Positions 13,274-28,633 of a stretch of DNA of 64,000 nucleotides are shown in pieces (positions within the stretch are counted from its first letter, which is position 1; each line of letters opens with the position of its first letter). A program made the translations under genes and the position numbers. Source of the DNA: Octopus vulgaris (Eukaryota); the NCBI GenBank assembly GCA_951406725.2, contig OX597820.1, positions 57,288,001 to 57,352,000 of the forward strand, read 5' to 3'. Below the pieces are notes generated by a model. It worked only from the letters and a program-made list of their open reading frames with translations. It ran no database searches and was not told the DNA's origin.

Positions 13274-16200
13274 GTAGGTTGCCACATCTTTGGTTATTGT
13301 TTAGCTTTTACTTGCTTCAGTTGCTGGACTGTGGTCATGCTGGAGCACATCCTTTAAAGGTTTTAGTTCAACTCATTGACTCCAGTATTTCTTTTTATTT
13401 TTATGTCAGGTACTTATTCAATTGGTTTCTTTTGCCAAACTGCTAAATCACAGTGACACAAACAAACCAACACTGGATGTCAAGGGGCAGTGGTCATGAG
13501 ACAAACACACACACATACATATGCACATATGCACACACATGCACATATGCACACACACACACACACACACACTCTCATACAATATAGGCTTCCATACAGT
13601 TTCTTATTTCTTTATTGCCCACAAGGGGCTAAACATAGAGGGGACAAACAAGGACAGATAAAGGGATTAAGTCAAATATATTGACCCCAGTGTGTAACTG
13701 GTACATAATTTATCAACCCCAAAGGGATGAAGGGCAAAGTCAACCTCGGCGGAATTTGAACTCACGTAACAGCAGACAAAATACTGCTAATCATTTTGAC
13801 CGGCGTGCTAACGTTTCTGCCAGCTCACTGCTTCCATACAGTTTCTGCCTACCATATTCACTCACTCACAAGGCATTGGTCAGTCTGGTGTTATAGTAGA
13901 AGACGCCTGCCCAAGGTGCCTTTTAGTGGCATTGAACCTGAATCCATGTAGTTGCAAAGGGAGTTTCTTAACAACTCAGCCATATGTAAAGGAATTGGTC
14001 TCTAATTCCTCACTGCGTTTTTAGCTTTATAGTTTTAAGTTCTGAGCACAGACCCTATCGTAATAAACCTTCTCTTTTATCCTTCTGCAGTTTACTCAAT
14101 AAAATAACCGCATTTATTATCCTGTGATCGATTCAATTTGCTTTGCTGTTCCTTTTTGAAATTTTGGCATTTTATGTTTCGTCAAAATTCTTTATATTTT
14201 TTTTTATTGTACTACACTTGTCATGAATGAATTTTCTGCTGTTGTTGCTTTTTTTTATTGCTATTATTATTGTTATTTATCACAAGGTTAGCCTTGACAG
14301 AGCAGACTTATGCTCAAACATATTCCAGCATTATCAAATGTATCATTCTGTTTCTGAGAATATCATGGTATTTTTGCAGACAAATTTAGTTAATGCCAAC
14401 ATGTCTAAGTGCTTGACTGGTACTTTGTTTTATTGACTCAGAAAGTTGACATTCCCCAGTGGAATTTGAATTCAGGATGTAAAATGCAAAGGCATTTAAA
14501 TTTTTCATGCTCTTTAATAATAGATGTAAGGCCAATTTTTTTTTGCAATTTGGATATAATTGAAATTACACTATATAACTTTATTGACCCCTTCCCCCAC
14601 CTGGGGAGTAGAATTCAAAGATGGTCATCATTGGGAAACGAACTCAGAACTAAAATAATAACAATATATTCTGTTCCAGATGCTAAGTCTGCCATAGTCC
14701 AAAAAGAACTCTTCACAACAATGTGTTAAGTCGACAATCAGGTTTCAATTTCTATTTGTGTCTATTTACTTATGTTGACTGTGTCATTGAGAAATCATAT
14801 GGCAATCACAATTTACAATTGGTTAGGCATAAACACCACAACATCATATGGGAAATACACGCAGACCACAATGTTAATTTCTTCTTCCTATTCTCTCTTT
14901 CTTCTTTCTTGTTATACTCACAGTTCAATGATGAAAAGCTCTTTTCTTGGCCTCTTCAGAGCTGAGAGAGAGAGAGAGCAGGGGAGAGGGAGAAAGAAAG
15001 AGAGAGATGTATCTTTTGAAGAAGAGAAAAATTGATTTTGTAATATTCCTGCCATTCTCAGAGTTATTGATTGCATAAGTTAAATGAAACAGCTCTTAAC
15101 AAGAATTCAAAACTGGACATTGGTTTTATTTGACCAGGAGCTGACCTCTTGCTCAATAGCAAATAATAAGTAAGAAATCTGTGTTTCATGTGACAGCATT
15201 TATTTGTTAGCATTTAAGTAACCCAGAAATGTCTTAAGGTATGAACACACTTGGCAGTTACCTGGTGGTGGTGGGGGACCCATAGCTCTAGGGGCCAAAT
15301 GCTAATCTATGCATGCTGTGGTATACATGTATGTTGTGTATGTTGTGTCCAAGTGCATGCTTTGCTCATGATCGTATAATATTGTCAAAACAGTGGTGAG
15401 CTGGTAGAATCACTAACATGCCAAAGAAAATGCTTAGTGGTACTTTTGCCAAGATTGGCTTTGCCTTTCATCTTTTCAGGTGCCAATAAAATATGGACCA
15501 GATAAACACTGGGGTCTGTATAATTGACTAGCCCCTTCCATCAAAATTGGTGACTTTGTGTCAAAATTTGAAACCAGTTCTGTCAAGACACCTTCAGTGT
15601 AACAGTATGTCATCCAAAGGCTTACTGATGTCTCTGTTCCTTCTCAAGCCACGCCTGGCTCATAAGGGCTGGTTTCCCGGTTACTTTGGCATATAGGTTC
15701 CCCACCTGAATGGGATGCCGGTCCGTTGTAGGTGAGCTGCAAGATGCAGGAGGAAAGAGTGAGAGAAAGTTGTGGCGAAAGACTCTGCAGAAGTTCACCA
15801 TTACCTTCTGCTGGAGCTGCATGGAGCTTAGGTGTTTCGCTCATAAACACACAACAGCCAGTCTGAGATTCGAACCCATGATCCCTCGACCGCGAGTTTG
15901 CTGCTCTAACCACTAGGCCATGTACCTCCACTATTGATGTCTCTCTTCGTATATGACATCGTTTGATGATTTACAATTCTTCCTCTGATTGCATAAGGTG
16001 CAGGCATGGCTGTGTGGTTAAGAAGCTTATTTTACAACCATCTGGCTTTTAGGTTCAGTTCCATTGTGTGGCACTTTAGGCAAATGGTTTTACTGTAGCT
16101 CAGGTCAACCAATGTTGTGTGCCCAAATTTGATTGATGAAAACTGTGTAGAAGCCCATTGTATATATATATATGATATATATATATATATATATATGTCC

Positions 16201-16704
16201 ACTCTGCTGGGTGCTTGGTGTTAGGAAGGGCATCTGGTGCTTGTTTATGCCTGGCTATCTTCTGTCAAATCGTCCAACCCAGCATGGAAGGCAGATGTTA
16301 ACTGATGATGATGATAATGATATATGTATATGTATATACACTCCCCATAACATATCCTTTTTACAGTTTGGTCTAGAGACCTTGTCTTTTTTTGAGTTTG
16401 CTTTTTGCTGTCCTTCTTGTTCAGTCATTTATATACCGGCAGATTTTTGCAGTTTATGCTACCAATCTGAACAAAATTATTGGTTAGGTATCGAAATTGT
16501 GATGACTTTTGATCAATAACTGATGAGGGGTGAGCGTATCCATATCCTTTGCACATTTTTTCCTGATTTCTGTACGTTCCTTCATTATCCTCCAGTGTCA
16601 CACTTTTGCTATATATGTGTGTGTGTGCCTATGCATATATATGTGTGCTCATGCATATGTATGTGTGTGTGTTTGTGGTTGTTCCCACCACTACCATATA
16701 TATA

Positions 16705-16740
<36 letters not shown>

Positions 16741-17398
16741 TGTATGTATGTGTCTATATGTTTGTGTGTTTGTATTTGTTCCCACCAACATCACTTGACA
16801 AGCGATGCTGGTGTGTTTACGTCCCAATAACTTAGCAGTTCGGTAAAAGTGACCGATAGAATAAGTACTAGGCTTACAAAGAATAAGTCCTGGAGGGGGG
16901 GGGGGGTCGATTTGCTCGACTAAAGGCAGTGCTCCAGCATGGCCATAGTCAAATGACTGAAACAAGTAAAAGAGTAAAAGAGCAAAAGAGTCAACCCTTC
17001 AAGGCAGAGCCCCCCAGCATGGCTGCTGTCCACCGACTGAAACAAATGAAAGACAGAAAGACATTTTCTAGAAATCTTACACAGACAGACCCAACAAACC
17101 ATTCTTTGTAAATTTTATAGCGCTAATTTTATAGTGCAGAATCAATAGAGTGACACACAAAATGCCTTGTGGGATTTAGTCATGGCCTTTTACATTCTGA
17201 GATCAAATCCAGCTGAGGTCAATTTTACCTCCCAGAGTTGATAAAATAAAATGTCCAACAAATACACACGAGTAAATTTAATGGACTATCCTCTCTCTCT
17301 CTCTCTTTCTAGATTTGTAGCCGTGTTGCCAACATTATAGAAATCAATAATTATAATAAAAATTCTTGACTTTTCTTTCATGTTGTTTCTATTTACAG

Positions 17399-17509
17399 GA
17401 GAACTATTCATTGCCATGTCACAAATGTTAGCTGCCATTTTAGTGGTTTATGAGCAGTATTGGATCCAAAGGTGCAACATTCTCCCTCTTGCAGTTATTG
17501 GCTGGGAAG
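17399..17509 (+). CDS. SLC35F6: SLC35F6-like exon B (111 nt, phase 1-1)
   Basis: Acceptor ttctatttacAG, donor GAAG|GTAAAC. Encodes (G)ELFIAMSQMLAAILVVYEQYWIQRCNILPLAVIGWE(G), resembling GDLLIIMAQII.AIQMV.EEKF...NVHPL.AVG.EG. Joins exon A in frame. Confidence 0.9.
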
Positions 17510-17529
17510 GTAAACACTATACATATATG

Positions 17530-17674
17530 TATCTATCATCCTCTCTCCTTCTCTCTCTTTCTGTCTCTTACTGTTTCTCTTCTGTACTATCTCTTACTCT
17601 CCTCATTCATTTTAACACTTTTTCTATGTGTTGTCTTTGATTTAATTCTACTCCTACCACCCCTTCTTCCCCCA

Positions 17675-17706
<32 letters not shown>

Positions 17707-17872
17707 ATCTGTCTTTTACTTACATTTTTAACATCGTTCTCTATTCCACCTGGTTTCTTTTGCTCCTCTTTCTCACACTTCATTTCTATCCCTCCTTCGT
17801 CTCCCTTACTCTCTATCTGTCCTTCTCCCCCTCTCTACATTTCTCTTTATGTTTCTTCCCCATCTCTGCTGC

Positions 17873-17926
<54 letters not shown>

Positions 17927-18053
17927 CAACTATCTATCTTTCTTCCTCCATCTCTGCTTTTTTTACTCTCTTCCTATGTCTTCATTTCTCTATGTTTCTC
18001 TGTATCTCAATATGTACTTTTCCTCTTTCCTTTTTTGCCTCTCTCTCTCTCTC

Positions 18054-18137
<84 letters not shown>

Positions 18138-18155
18138 CATACTTACGTATATGTG

Positions 18156-18196
<41 letters not shown>

Positions 18197-18800
18197 TTGT
18201 GTGTCTATATATATATAGTTTTATAGAAAAACAAAAGACAAAGACATGTGTATGAAGAACAAGCAGGTGTGTTAGTTTGGCGCTTGGGAAAATGAAAAAG
18301 TCTCTTACTTTTCAAGCCTACGCTCTTCAACAGGAAGGAGTAAGAGGAAATAAACAGAGAGAGAATGAAAAGAAAAATGGAAAAAGAAAGGCAGTGAAAA
18401 AAATTTGTAGATTTTAGCAGCCCAGACTCTCTCCCCTGTGTCTCCATTTCTCTGCCTCTCTCTGTTTTTATCCATCTCAATGTATCCTTCTCTTCCACTT
18501 TGTCTCTCTCTCACTCTCTTTCTCAGTCTTTCTTTCTCTTTCTGCCTCTGTTTCTGTCTCACTCTCTTTCTCTTTTTCTTTCTTTCTTTCTTTCTCTCAC
18601 AGTCTTTCTCTGTCTTTCTCTCTCTCATTCTCTCTCTCACTCTCTTTCTCTGTCTTTCTTTCTCTCTCTGTCTCTGTTTCTGTCTCACTCTTTCTCTCTC
18701 TTTCTCTGTCTTTCTCCCTTTCTCTCTCACTCTCTTTCTCTGTCTCTCTCTCACTCACTTTCTCTGTCTTTCTTTCTCTCTCACTCTCTTTCTCTATCTT

Positions 18801-18838
<38 letters not shown>

Positions 18839-18864
18839 ACACTCTCTTTCTCTTTCTCACTTCT

Positions 18865-18913
<49 letters not shown>

Positions 18914-19415
18914 ATTTCTGTTTCTCTGATACTACCTTTCTATTTGTCACCTGTGTTTTCTTTTTTATCTTATTGCTTTTCTCTTCTTTTTCTTTTTCGA
19001 AATATTCCAGTGATGGTGGTGGTGGTGGTGGTAGCTGTAGTATTAATAGTGGTGTTTTAGTAATGATGATGAGATCACCATGTTGCGCATACATGGGTGT
19101 GATGCATGTACCTGATGTACCCTTATCAAACGAGTAATCGTGACGGATATACTGGAATTTGTATATTTGTATCCCAGTGTCACCATGCATTTCTCTCTCA
19201 CATACATCATTATCATCATCATCATCATCACCACCACCGCCACCACCATCAACATCATCCTCATCATCACCATCGTCGTCACCATTGTCATCATCATCAT
19301 AATCATCATCATAATCATCATCATCAGCTTCATCTTCATCATCATCATCACCACCACCACTACCACCATCATCATTACCATCATCTTCATCATCATCACC
19401 ATCATTATCATCTTC

Positions 19416-19459
<44 letters not shown>

Positions 19460-19913
19460 TACCATCATCATCATCATTATCACCACCACCACCTATCCTG
19501 CTGACATGGAACATGATGCAGCCTTGTGGCTCAGCAGATCCAGGCAAACCTCCAACCTATACCAAAATGATGATGACAATCACGTGATGACAAGCACACA
19601 CAGACACACACATAAATGCGTGCACTACACACAAATGCACACCCACACACAAATGCACATGCACACACACAAATGCACGCACACACATGCACACATACAA
19701 ATGCACACACAAACACACACACACACACACATAAACGCACTCACGTGATGTACTTCTCTCAGTTTCCATCTCTCAAATCAACTTGCAAGGCTTTGATTGG
19801 TCAGTCTGGAGTTATAGGAGAAAACACTCACCCAAGGTGCCATGTTGTGGGACCGAACCCAAGACTATGTGTTACAAAGCAAACTTCTTATCTACACAGC
19901 CATACCTGTATCT

Positions 19914-19962
<49 letters not shown>

Positions 19963-20000
19963 CCATCATCATCACCATCATCATCATTATCGTCATCATT
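17530..20000. repeat. Compound microsatellite block: (CT)n, (TA)n, (CAT)n, (CA)n
   Basis: Read directly from the sequence. Similar blocks at 320-1680, 10500-11030, 22180-22730, 40265-40780, 42285-43075, 56180-56970, 59490-60090 and 63500-63865. Confidence 0.95.
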
Positions 20001-20269
20001 TAAAGTCCATGCTTCCTGCTAGCAAGAGCCAGCCAGGCTGAAACCCACAAGAGTAAACAAGAGAGACAGAGACGGGCAGAAACAAGGGAAATGCCCATTG
20101 TATTTGAATACAATGCACAGTGTACCTTGCGACAAGTATTGAATTGATCTTAGAGCAACGTGAGATGAAGTGTTTTGCTCAAGAACACAATGCACCACCT
20201 GGTGAAGGAATTGAAATCATGATTGTTAGATTGTGAGTGCAACAACCTAACCACTAGGTCATGTGTCAT

Positions 20270-20305
<36 letters not shown>

Positions 20306-21169
20306 CTACACTCTCGGAGTGGTTGGCGTTAGGAAGGGCATCCAGCTGTAGAAACACTGCCAGATCTGACTGGCCTGGTGCAGCCTTCGGGCTCCCCAGA
20401 CCCCAGTTGAACCGTCCAACCCATGCTAGCATGGAAAGCGGACGTTAAACGATGATGATGATGATATATATACACACAGCATATAGTAATAGTTTAGTGC
20501 CATAAGGAAGAAAGTAATTAAGGTGTGTTCTATATTTTGGATGTTTTTACCTTCGTCAACGAAAAGCAAAGAAATAAAAAAGAGTGTGGTGATGGGGCCC
20601 AAAATATAAAGTTCTGTGGTGGCAACAGAACAATGTTTTTGTAATAGCTACATTGACCTATTAGCAATACCACTGGAACAGTACAGAACTTAGTCTTTGA
20701 AATGTCTCATACCAATCACATTGTTGGTAAATGAAAACCAAGAATTACGAATAAAAAAAAATTGCGTAAAGATTCAATTTAACTTCTGCTATTCTTTTCT
20801 ACTTTTGCTTAATTTCATTCTTTGAAAATCTTCAGCAGGTGGTACATAGAAGTCATGAGTACCTCACATTTGCATGACTGCTTTGCTTGAAACCAAAAAA
20901 AAAAAAAAATTGTGAACTTTCCTGCATTAGATAAACAAGAAAAATGTTATTAGAATGGAAGAACTGACTAAAAAGAAATCGTCGTGGAAGTGATGCGACA
21001 GCCAGTTATGTGTAATGTATAGTGAAGGGAAGAACCATGAATGTCACAGAATCTTATTATTGCTCTCATAAATTTGTGAAACTTCCTGCGATGGATAGGA
21101 AATTGTTGCAAGGGGGAAAGAACTTCTGCTGAGAGAAGAACGAGAAAAAGGAAACAAAAGAAAAGAAAT

Positions 21170-21680
21170 GAAGAAGAGGGAGGAGGAAGTGGAGGGAGAA
21201 GGGAGGAAGAGGAGAAAAATGAAGAGAAAGGAGGAGGAGAAGAAAAAGGTGAGGAAGAAGGGGAGCAAGAGGAGAAGAAAATGAAGAGGAAGGAGGAGGA
21301 AAAGAAAAAGGTGAGGAAGAAGGGGAGCAAGAGGAGAAGAAAATGAAGAGGAAGGAGGAGGAGAAGAAAAAGTTAGAGGAAGAAGGGGAGCAAGAGGAGA
21401 AGAAAACGAAGAGGAAGGAGAGAAAAGGGAGAAGGAGAAGAAAAAGGTGGAGGAAGAAGAGGCGCAAGAGAAGAAAATGAAGTGGAAGGAGGAAGAGGAG
21501 GAGGAGGAGGAAAGAGGATGAAAAAGAGGAGGTGAAGGAGGAGAAGAAGAAAAAGGAGGAAAAGAAGGAGACAAAGAAGAACAAGAACAAGAAGACAAAG
21601 AAGAAGAAAGAAAGAAAGAAAAGATGAAGAAAGAAGTCAAGAATGAGGAGCAGAAAAAAAAAAAAGAAGAGGCAGAGAAC
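21170..21680. repeat. Polypurine tract with a tandem unit of about 62 bp
   Basis: GGAGCAAGAGGAGAAGAAAA-GAAGAGGAAGGAG repeated 3-4 times. Confidence 0.8.
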
Positions 21681-22330
21681 AACCTATTATTCTTGTGTGA
21701 AAAACAAAGGAGATTCTCTCCAGATGAAACCATGACAATAAAGCAATGTGGCAGCTGTGAGATATTCAAACACCGAGAAGCAATTCATTAAATTGGAGTA
21801 AAGCTTTAGCTATTAGTTAGTGTAAAACCAATTTTATTCTAATCTTTTCGGTGACTATTTGACTTGACTTCACCGAAGGACATAGGATCGTTATTATTTA
21901 GTTACTAAACTTACTTGCAAGACAAATATCTGCTTCATATTCCTACTTCTGTTTCTTTTTCTTTTTTCTTTTTTCTTTTTTTTTGGTTTTTAACTTCGTT
22001 ATTCTGTAAAGCTGGAAACTGCCAAAGTACTTTCTTCCTCTTAAACTTAGAGCAAAATTTAATATGTGTGTGTGTTTGTTAGAGGGATATATGTGTTTAT
22101 ACACACACACAAACATATGCACACATATTTCTATTTCTATTTCTGTGTATATGTCTGAATATGAATATACACATTAGTCTATATGTGTGTATCTATGTGA
22201 CCCTAGACATGTATATGTGGTGTGTGTGTGTGTTTGTATTTCTCTGTGTGTGCTTACACATGTGTGTATGAAGAATAACATGTATATATGTATATATATG
22301 TATATATATGTTTGTATGTATGTGTATATA

Positions 22331-22384
<54 letters not shown>

Positions 22385-22604
22385 TAGATAGATAGATAGA
22401 TATGTATGTACACACACACACACATATATATATACACACACATATATATATATGTATGTATATATATATATGTATGTATGTGTATACATACATGTATGTG
22501 TATGTGTGTGTGTATATATATATATATATATGTATTCATATTTGTATATATATATATTCATTTATATATATATATATGTATATATATACATATATATACA
22601 TGTG

Positions 22605-22659
<55 letters not shown>

Positions 22660-23932
22660 ATCTATCTATATCTGTATATTTACAGACACACGTATATTTA
22701 TGTATATACGTATCAAATATATATATATATGAAAATGGGAAAAAGAGAGATTACTGAGAGATGCTATATATTGTCATAGCACAGTACCACAATCATTGCA
22801 ACGTACAAGCAGATGTCATTAAGAATTAATAAATTGGTGACTGCCACAGGCTAGAGCAACATCGGACCACACTAAATGTTATCAATGTTTGAAGTTCATG
22901 CTAAACTTTCCCACTATTACTGTACAGTTGTTATTGGATTATCATTGTATTGTGTTCACATTTCCATATATTTATAAATTATGGTGAGGAATGAAGTACC
23001 AGAAACAATACAATGTCAAGGAGACCAAATGCCTTGCAGGATTTTGGTGCTGTTCTTCTCTGTATTTTATCTCTGAGTTCAAATTCTGTTGTGTCTGTAG
23101 GAAAGAAGGTGGGGATTTTTCTTTATGTTTTTGTAAATAGAAGAAGAGGTTAGGATGTGTATACATTGGTAATGTTTACTGAATGTATAGCTGTGTAATA
23201 AGACATTTGTTTCCCAACTACGCGGTTCTGCGTTCAGTCCCACTATTTGGACACCTTGGGCAAGTATCTTCTGCTATAGCTTTGGGCCACACATGCAAAT
23301 ATTCTTTATGCTGCATGTCTTGTTTCTCTGTTTGCTTTTTTCGTTATTCAGAAAAAAGTTTGTTTTCTATGTTTTTGTTTCTCATTGTGTTCGACGTTTT
23401 TTTGATGTCCTGTACCTATATATGCATGTATATATACATATATATGTGGATATGTACATATATGTATGTATATATGCATATATTCACATATCTTTTTATA
23501 CTATATATATATATATATGTATATATAGTTATATATTTATATGTATGTATGTATAAATATAAGTGAACATTATTATTCCTGAAATAATAACGTTAGTGGC
23601 TGCAACCATAAAGGCTGTTTACGCAAAATTAATAATTATATATAAGATGTATAAATATATTTATATATACTAGGGTATTGTGGAAGCACCTGCTTTGCTA
23701 AAAATAGAAGTCAAAGTATTCCTAACCCACAGAAGAATGACTATAGCATCTTATCTCTGCAAAGGATGCAGATATATTTATATATTTTGATAGTGAACCT
23801 TTCGTGTTTTGTGTTCTCATTTTGTTCTAAATTGTCCTTCCTTAAAATTCTAATTGTTCTAGGGTTAAATTGGTTTTTGTCTTGGGTTCTTGGTTTATGA
23901 TTTTGTTGTGTATAGTATACTGTACATGTGTG

Positions 23933-24320
23933 GAGGTGCAATGGCCCAGTGGTTAGAGCAGCGGACTCGCGGTCATAAGATCGCTGTTTCGATTCCCAGA
24001 CCGGGCGTTGTGACTGTTTATTGAGCGAAAACACCTAAAAGCTCCACGAGGCTCCGGCAGGGGATAGTGGTGATCCTTGCTGTACTCTTTCACCACAACT
24101 TTCTCTCACTCTTACTTCCTGTTTCTGTTGCACCTGTATTTCAAGGGGCCGGCCTTGTCACTCTCTGTGTCACGCTGAATATCCCCGTGAACTACGTTAA
24201 GGGTGCACGTGTCTGTGGAGTGCTCAGCCACTTACACGTTAATTTCACGAGCAGGCTGTTCCGTTGATTTGGATCAACCGGAACCTTCATCGTCGTAACC
24301 GACGGAGTGCTTCCATCCAT
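23933..24320 (+). mobile_element. tRNA-derived SINE family 3. Other copies: 5060-5385(+), 15636-15931(-), 27895-28198(-), 37815-38140(+), 47839-48138(-)
   Basis: Head GGAGGTGCAATGGCCCAGTGGTTAG, B box GTTTCGATTCC, then TTGAGC-AAACAC. The 3' halves differ between copies. Confidence 0.8.
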
Positions 24321-26825
24321 ACTGTACATTGAGATTGTGTGAATATTGTTCATAAGGATCATAGCACTGCTAAGTGTAATATTCCATGGTTTCTGGCTTC
24401 TTGAGGTTTTGTTGCATGTACATACACATACATATTTGCATATAGGGCATGTGTGTGTGTGTATATGTATATGCACATTTATATATATATATATATATAT
24501 ATGTGGGTGCATGTGTGTGTGTGTATGTACATATGTAAATATGTATGCATGTATTGGCTTTGTGGTTTACGCTAGCACATTAATGGATATTTGTGCTTTT
24601 GATGGTTCATAATTAATTAAACAATATCTATTTTATGCACTACAAAGCACAAATTAGTGTTATTTCACCTGTTGCTACATTCTGAGTTTGAATTCCACCA
24701 AGGCCAACTTTACTTTTTATCCTTTCAGGGTTGATAAGTTAAGTACCAGTGAAACACTGGGGTCGATGTAATCAACTTACTCCTCCCCCAAAATTTCAGG
24801 CCTTATGCCTGTAGTAGAAAGAATTATTAGCTGAAATCTTTTTCATTGTTGTCGTTGCTATTGCTTAGCCTCAGTTAAACCCTGATAAACCAGAACTGAA
24901 ATAAATTTAAATATTACAAAGCCTCTCTGTTGGTGTAAGATGAAATACACACACACACACACACACCACACACTCCCTATGTGTGTCTATCTATCTATCT
25001 ATCTATCTATATATATATATATATGAAAGGTGTTGGTATCCAGAAGACTTCCTATATCTATCCTTTTCCAAAATAACTCCTTATATCGCACCCCAAGGGG
25101 GCCAGACTACTTTTTAATACATGACCACATATGCTTGAGAAGATCTGTCAATTCCAGTGAAATTGTAGTTGTGGCCAATGCTGGTGTCACGTAACTGTTG
25201 CACTGTGCTGGTGGTACATAAAAAGCACCCATTACACTCTTGGAATGGTTGGCATTTGGAAGGGAATCCAGCTGTAGAAACTATGCCAAATAAGACTGGA
25301 ACCTGGTGTAGTCCAACAGCAGACCAGTTTCAGTCAAACCATCCAACCTATGCCAGTATGGAGAGCAGATGCTAAATGATGATAATGATGATAACAACAG
25401 GCTTCACTATAGTTTCTGTCTACCAAATTCACTCACAAAGCATTAGTCAGCTGAAAGCTATAGTAGAAGACATTTGCTCAAGAAGACCATGCAGTGGAAC
25501 TGAACCTGAAACCACGTGGTTGCAAAGCAAGCTTCTTAACCATACAGCCATTCCAGCACCTACAAATATCTTGTATACTTTTTATGCATGAGAAGAAGAA
25601 TTATTGACAATCTAGTTTGTTAAATCATTTATTGAAAAAAATAAACAGAAATTAATATGGTTGAGATCACAATGTTTAGAAATACAGCAAAAAAAAAAAA
25701 CCAAAATAAACCACAGCTAATCACTGGAATTGTTTGCTCCAAATGGTACACATTTTTCTTTAGACATTTTATTATTGTCCAAGCATTTCTTTAAATAGTT
25801 AACTACAATTTTATTTAGCAAAATATTCAAAGTTAAAAGCTTTTCTTACTTTATTTATTTTCCAGTATTAAAAAAAGAAAATGTATTGATAAAGAAAAAT
25901 ATTTTACTGTATTCTGATTGCTAGCATCTTTTGAAATTCCATAAAAACTACGATTTTCCAAATCTTTAAAATATATATTGGCTGCGAAAGGTGAAATAAC
26001 ATTTTCATAAGGGAAATAGATTTTGTTGTACAAGAAAACTTTTTTTTCACCAGTTGTGAATCTGGAAAGACTTCAGTGAATAACTTTGATGTATAATCAG
26101 TATTTCTTAAGCTTACTCTTCTACTCTTTTACTGGTTTCAGTCATTTGACTGTGGCCATGCTGGAGCACTGCTTTTAGTCAAGCAAATCAACCCCAGGAC
26201 TTATTCTTTGTAAGCTTAGTACTTATTCTATTGGTCTCTTTTGCCAAACCACTAAGTTACGTAAACACACCACCATCGATTGTCAAGCGATGTTGGGGAG
26301 GACAAACACAGACACACAAACATATACACACACATACATATATATATACATATATACGACAGTCTTCTTTCAGTTTCTGTCTACCAAATCCATTCACAAG
26401 GCTTTGGTCAGCCTGAGGCTATAGTAGAAGACACTTGCCCAAGGTGCCACGCAGTGGGACTGAACCCAGAACCATGTGGTTCATAAGCAAGCTACTTACC
26501 ACACAGCCACTCCTGTGCCTATATATATCATATTATATTATATTATATTATATTATATTATTTTAAGGGCTTTACTACATGTAAATGCCTCACACTATAA
26601 GGGACTCTTAAATTCAAAACTACCTTAATAAATATACAGCATACCAATAGCGAAGGAATGCAACTTGGAAATTGTATCTTAAAAACAGTTTCTACTTGAT
26701 AAATTCTTATACAGATTTTATCCTTATATTTAATTTTATATATATCATTCAAAATGTGACCGCGTGTTTACCGTTGGCGATTTTTTTCCTCTGTCTTCCC
26801 TTCTCTGGATCTTTCCTTCTCCTAT

Positions 26826-26860
26826 GTTTCCGACGAAGAGCTCCGCTCGAAATGTCAAAC
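26826..26860 (+). ncRNA. Minimal (Penelope-type) hammerhead-like motif, two substitutions
   Basis: gttt-CCGACGA-A-GAGC-tcc-GCTC-GAAA-TG-TC-aaac. Confidence 0.6.
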
Positions 26861-28633
26861 CCTCCTTCTTTCCTTCAAACAACAAAAGAGACCATCAGAA
26901 ACAAGCTAATGATAGAATTTCTAGATAACTGCTTAATCTGCTAGAAATTACTACACCCTATAATCTTAAAAATAAAGGACACATTAGACAGTGTAGTCCC
27001 AGATATATTCTTTTATTCTTTTATACATTTCAACCCTAAGGCTGTGACCATGTTGGGGCACCTCCAGTATGTATCAAAACTGGAGAGGTCACAGCTAGAA
27101 CATCTTTGATGATAGTTCTGTCCATTAGTAGTGAAATAATATTCTTTTCTACTATAGGCACAAGGTTCAAAATTTTGGGGGAGGGGGCCAGTCGATTAGA
27201 TCGACTCCAGTATGCAGCTGGTAATTAATTTATCGACCTCTCAGCGGAATTTGAACTCAGAACATAAAGACAGACAAAATACCACTAGGCATTTTGCCTG
27301 ACATGCTAACGTTTCTGCCAGCTTGCTGCCTTAATGGTGAAATAATATTAAACGGCAACATCCACCAAAACTTGATATTCTACTGTTGGATATCCTTCTT
27401 ATTACCAACCCCTGTTTTCCAGAGAAGTATTTTTTTTTATTTCACTGATCTTCAACCACTGAAACTGCTGGTCTTCAACCACTGAGTTACAGAAAACATT
27501 AGTCTTGATAGGTGTTAAGACAAGAAAGTTACAACTGGACTTTAATGACATCTGGTTTATCAGGGTTTAACTGAGGCTAAGCAATAGCAACGACAACAAT
27601 GAAAAAGATTTCAACTAATAATTCTTTCTACTACAGGCATAAGGCCTGAAATTTTGGGGGAGGGGTAAGTTGATTACATCGACCCCAGTGTTTCACTGGT
27701 ACTTAACTTATCAACCCTGAAAGGATAAAAAGTAAAGTTGGCCTTGGTGGAACTCGAACTCAGAATGTAGCAACAGGTGAAATAACACTAAGCATTTCAT
27801 CCAGTTTGCAAACGATTCTGCCAGCTTGCCACCTTAATTTCAGCTAATAATGGAACCTCTACATGATTGCTTGATGTCCTAAATTTTGTTTTTTTTCGCC
27901 CTTTTCAAGCCTAGTCAGGCTCATGGGCCCAATTTCCCGGTTTCTTTAGTGTATGTGTTCTCCCCAGCTGGACAGGACGCCAGTCCATCACAGCGTTACT
28001 CAAGAAACAGGATGAGAGACTGAGAGAAAGTTGTGGCAAAAGAGAACAACAGGAGTCGCCACCACCCCCTGCTGGAACCTGGTAGAGCTTTTCGGTGTTT
28101 TTGCTCAATAAACACACACAACTCCCAGTCTGGGAATCAAAACCACGATCCTCCGACCACGAGTCCGCTGCCCTAACTACTGGACCATTGCGTCTCCAGT
28201 GATGTCCTAAAAGTAGTTGAAAAATCCCAGTAAAATCTCCACAATGTATTTAAAGGAAAAGAAACACTTTTTAAATAATTGTAAAAATTATAACAACAGT
28301 CCTATCACTGCCATCTCTATCGTGACCACCTCCACCTATCACTCTCCATTATCTATTAATCAATGCCTCTGTGATGTGATTTCTATGCTCTGTATTATTG
28401 ATTTAGTACACACCCGAATACACACTCATTCATACACAGGTGAGTACATATACAGACATATACTTACACATACATATATATACATATATTTACATATACA
28501 TATATCTGTGTGTATGTATGTATATGTGTATGTGTGTGTATATATATATGCGTGTGTGTATGTGTGTGTGTGTAATGATGATGATGATGATATACACATA
28601 TACACTCACATATATATTTGCTCTTTTTTTCAG

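Noticed and set aside
23933-24005. tRNA gene
   Set aside because: The A/B boxes continue into a repeated SINE body, and no full cloverleaf is evident.
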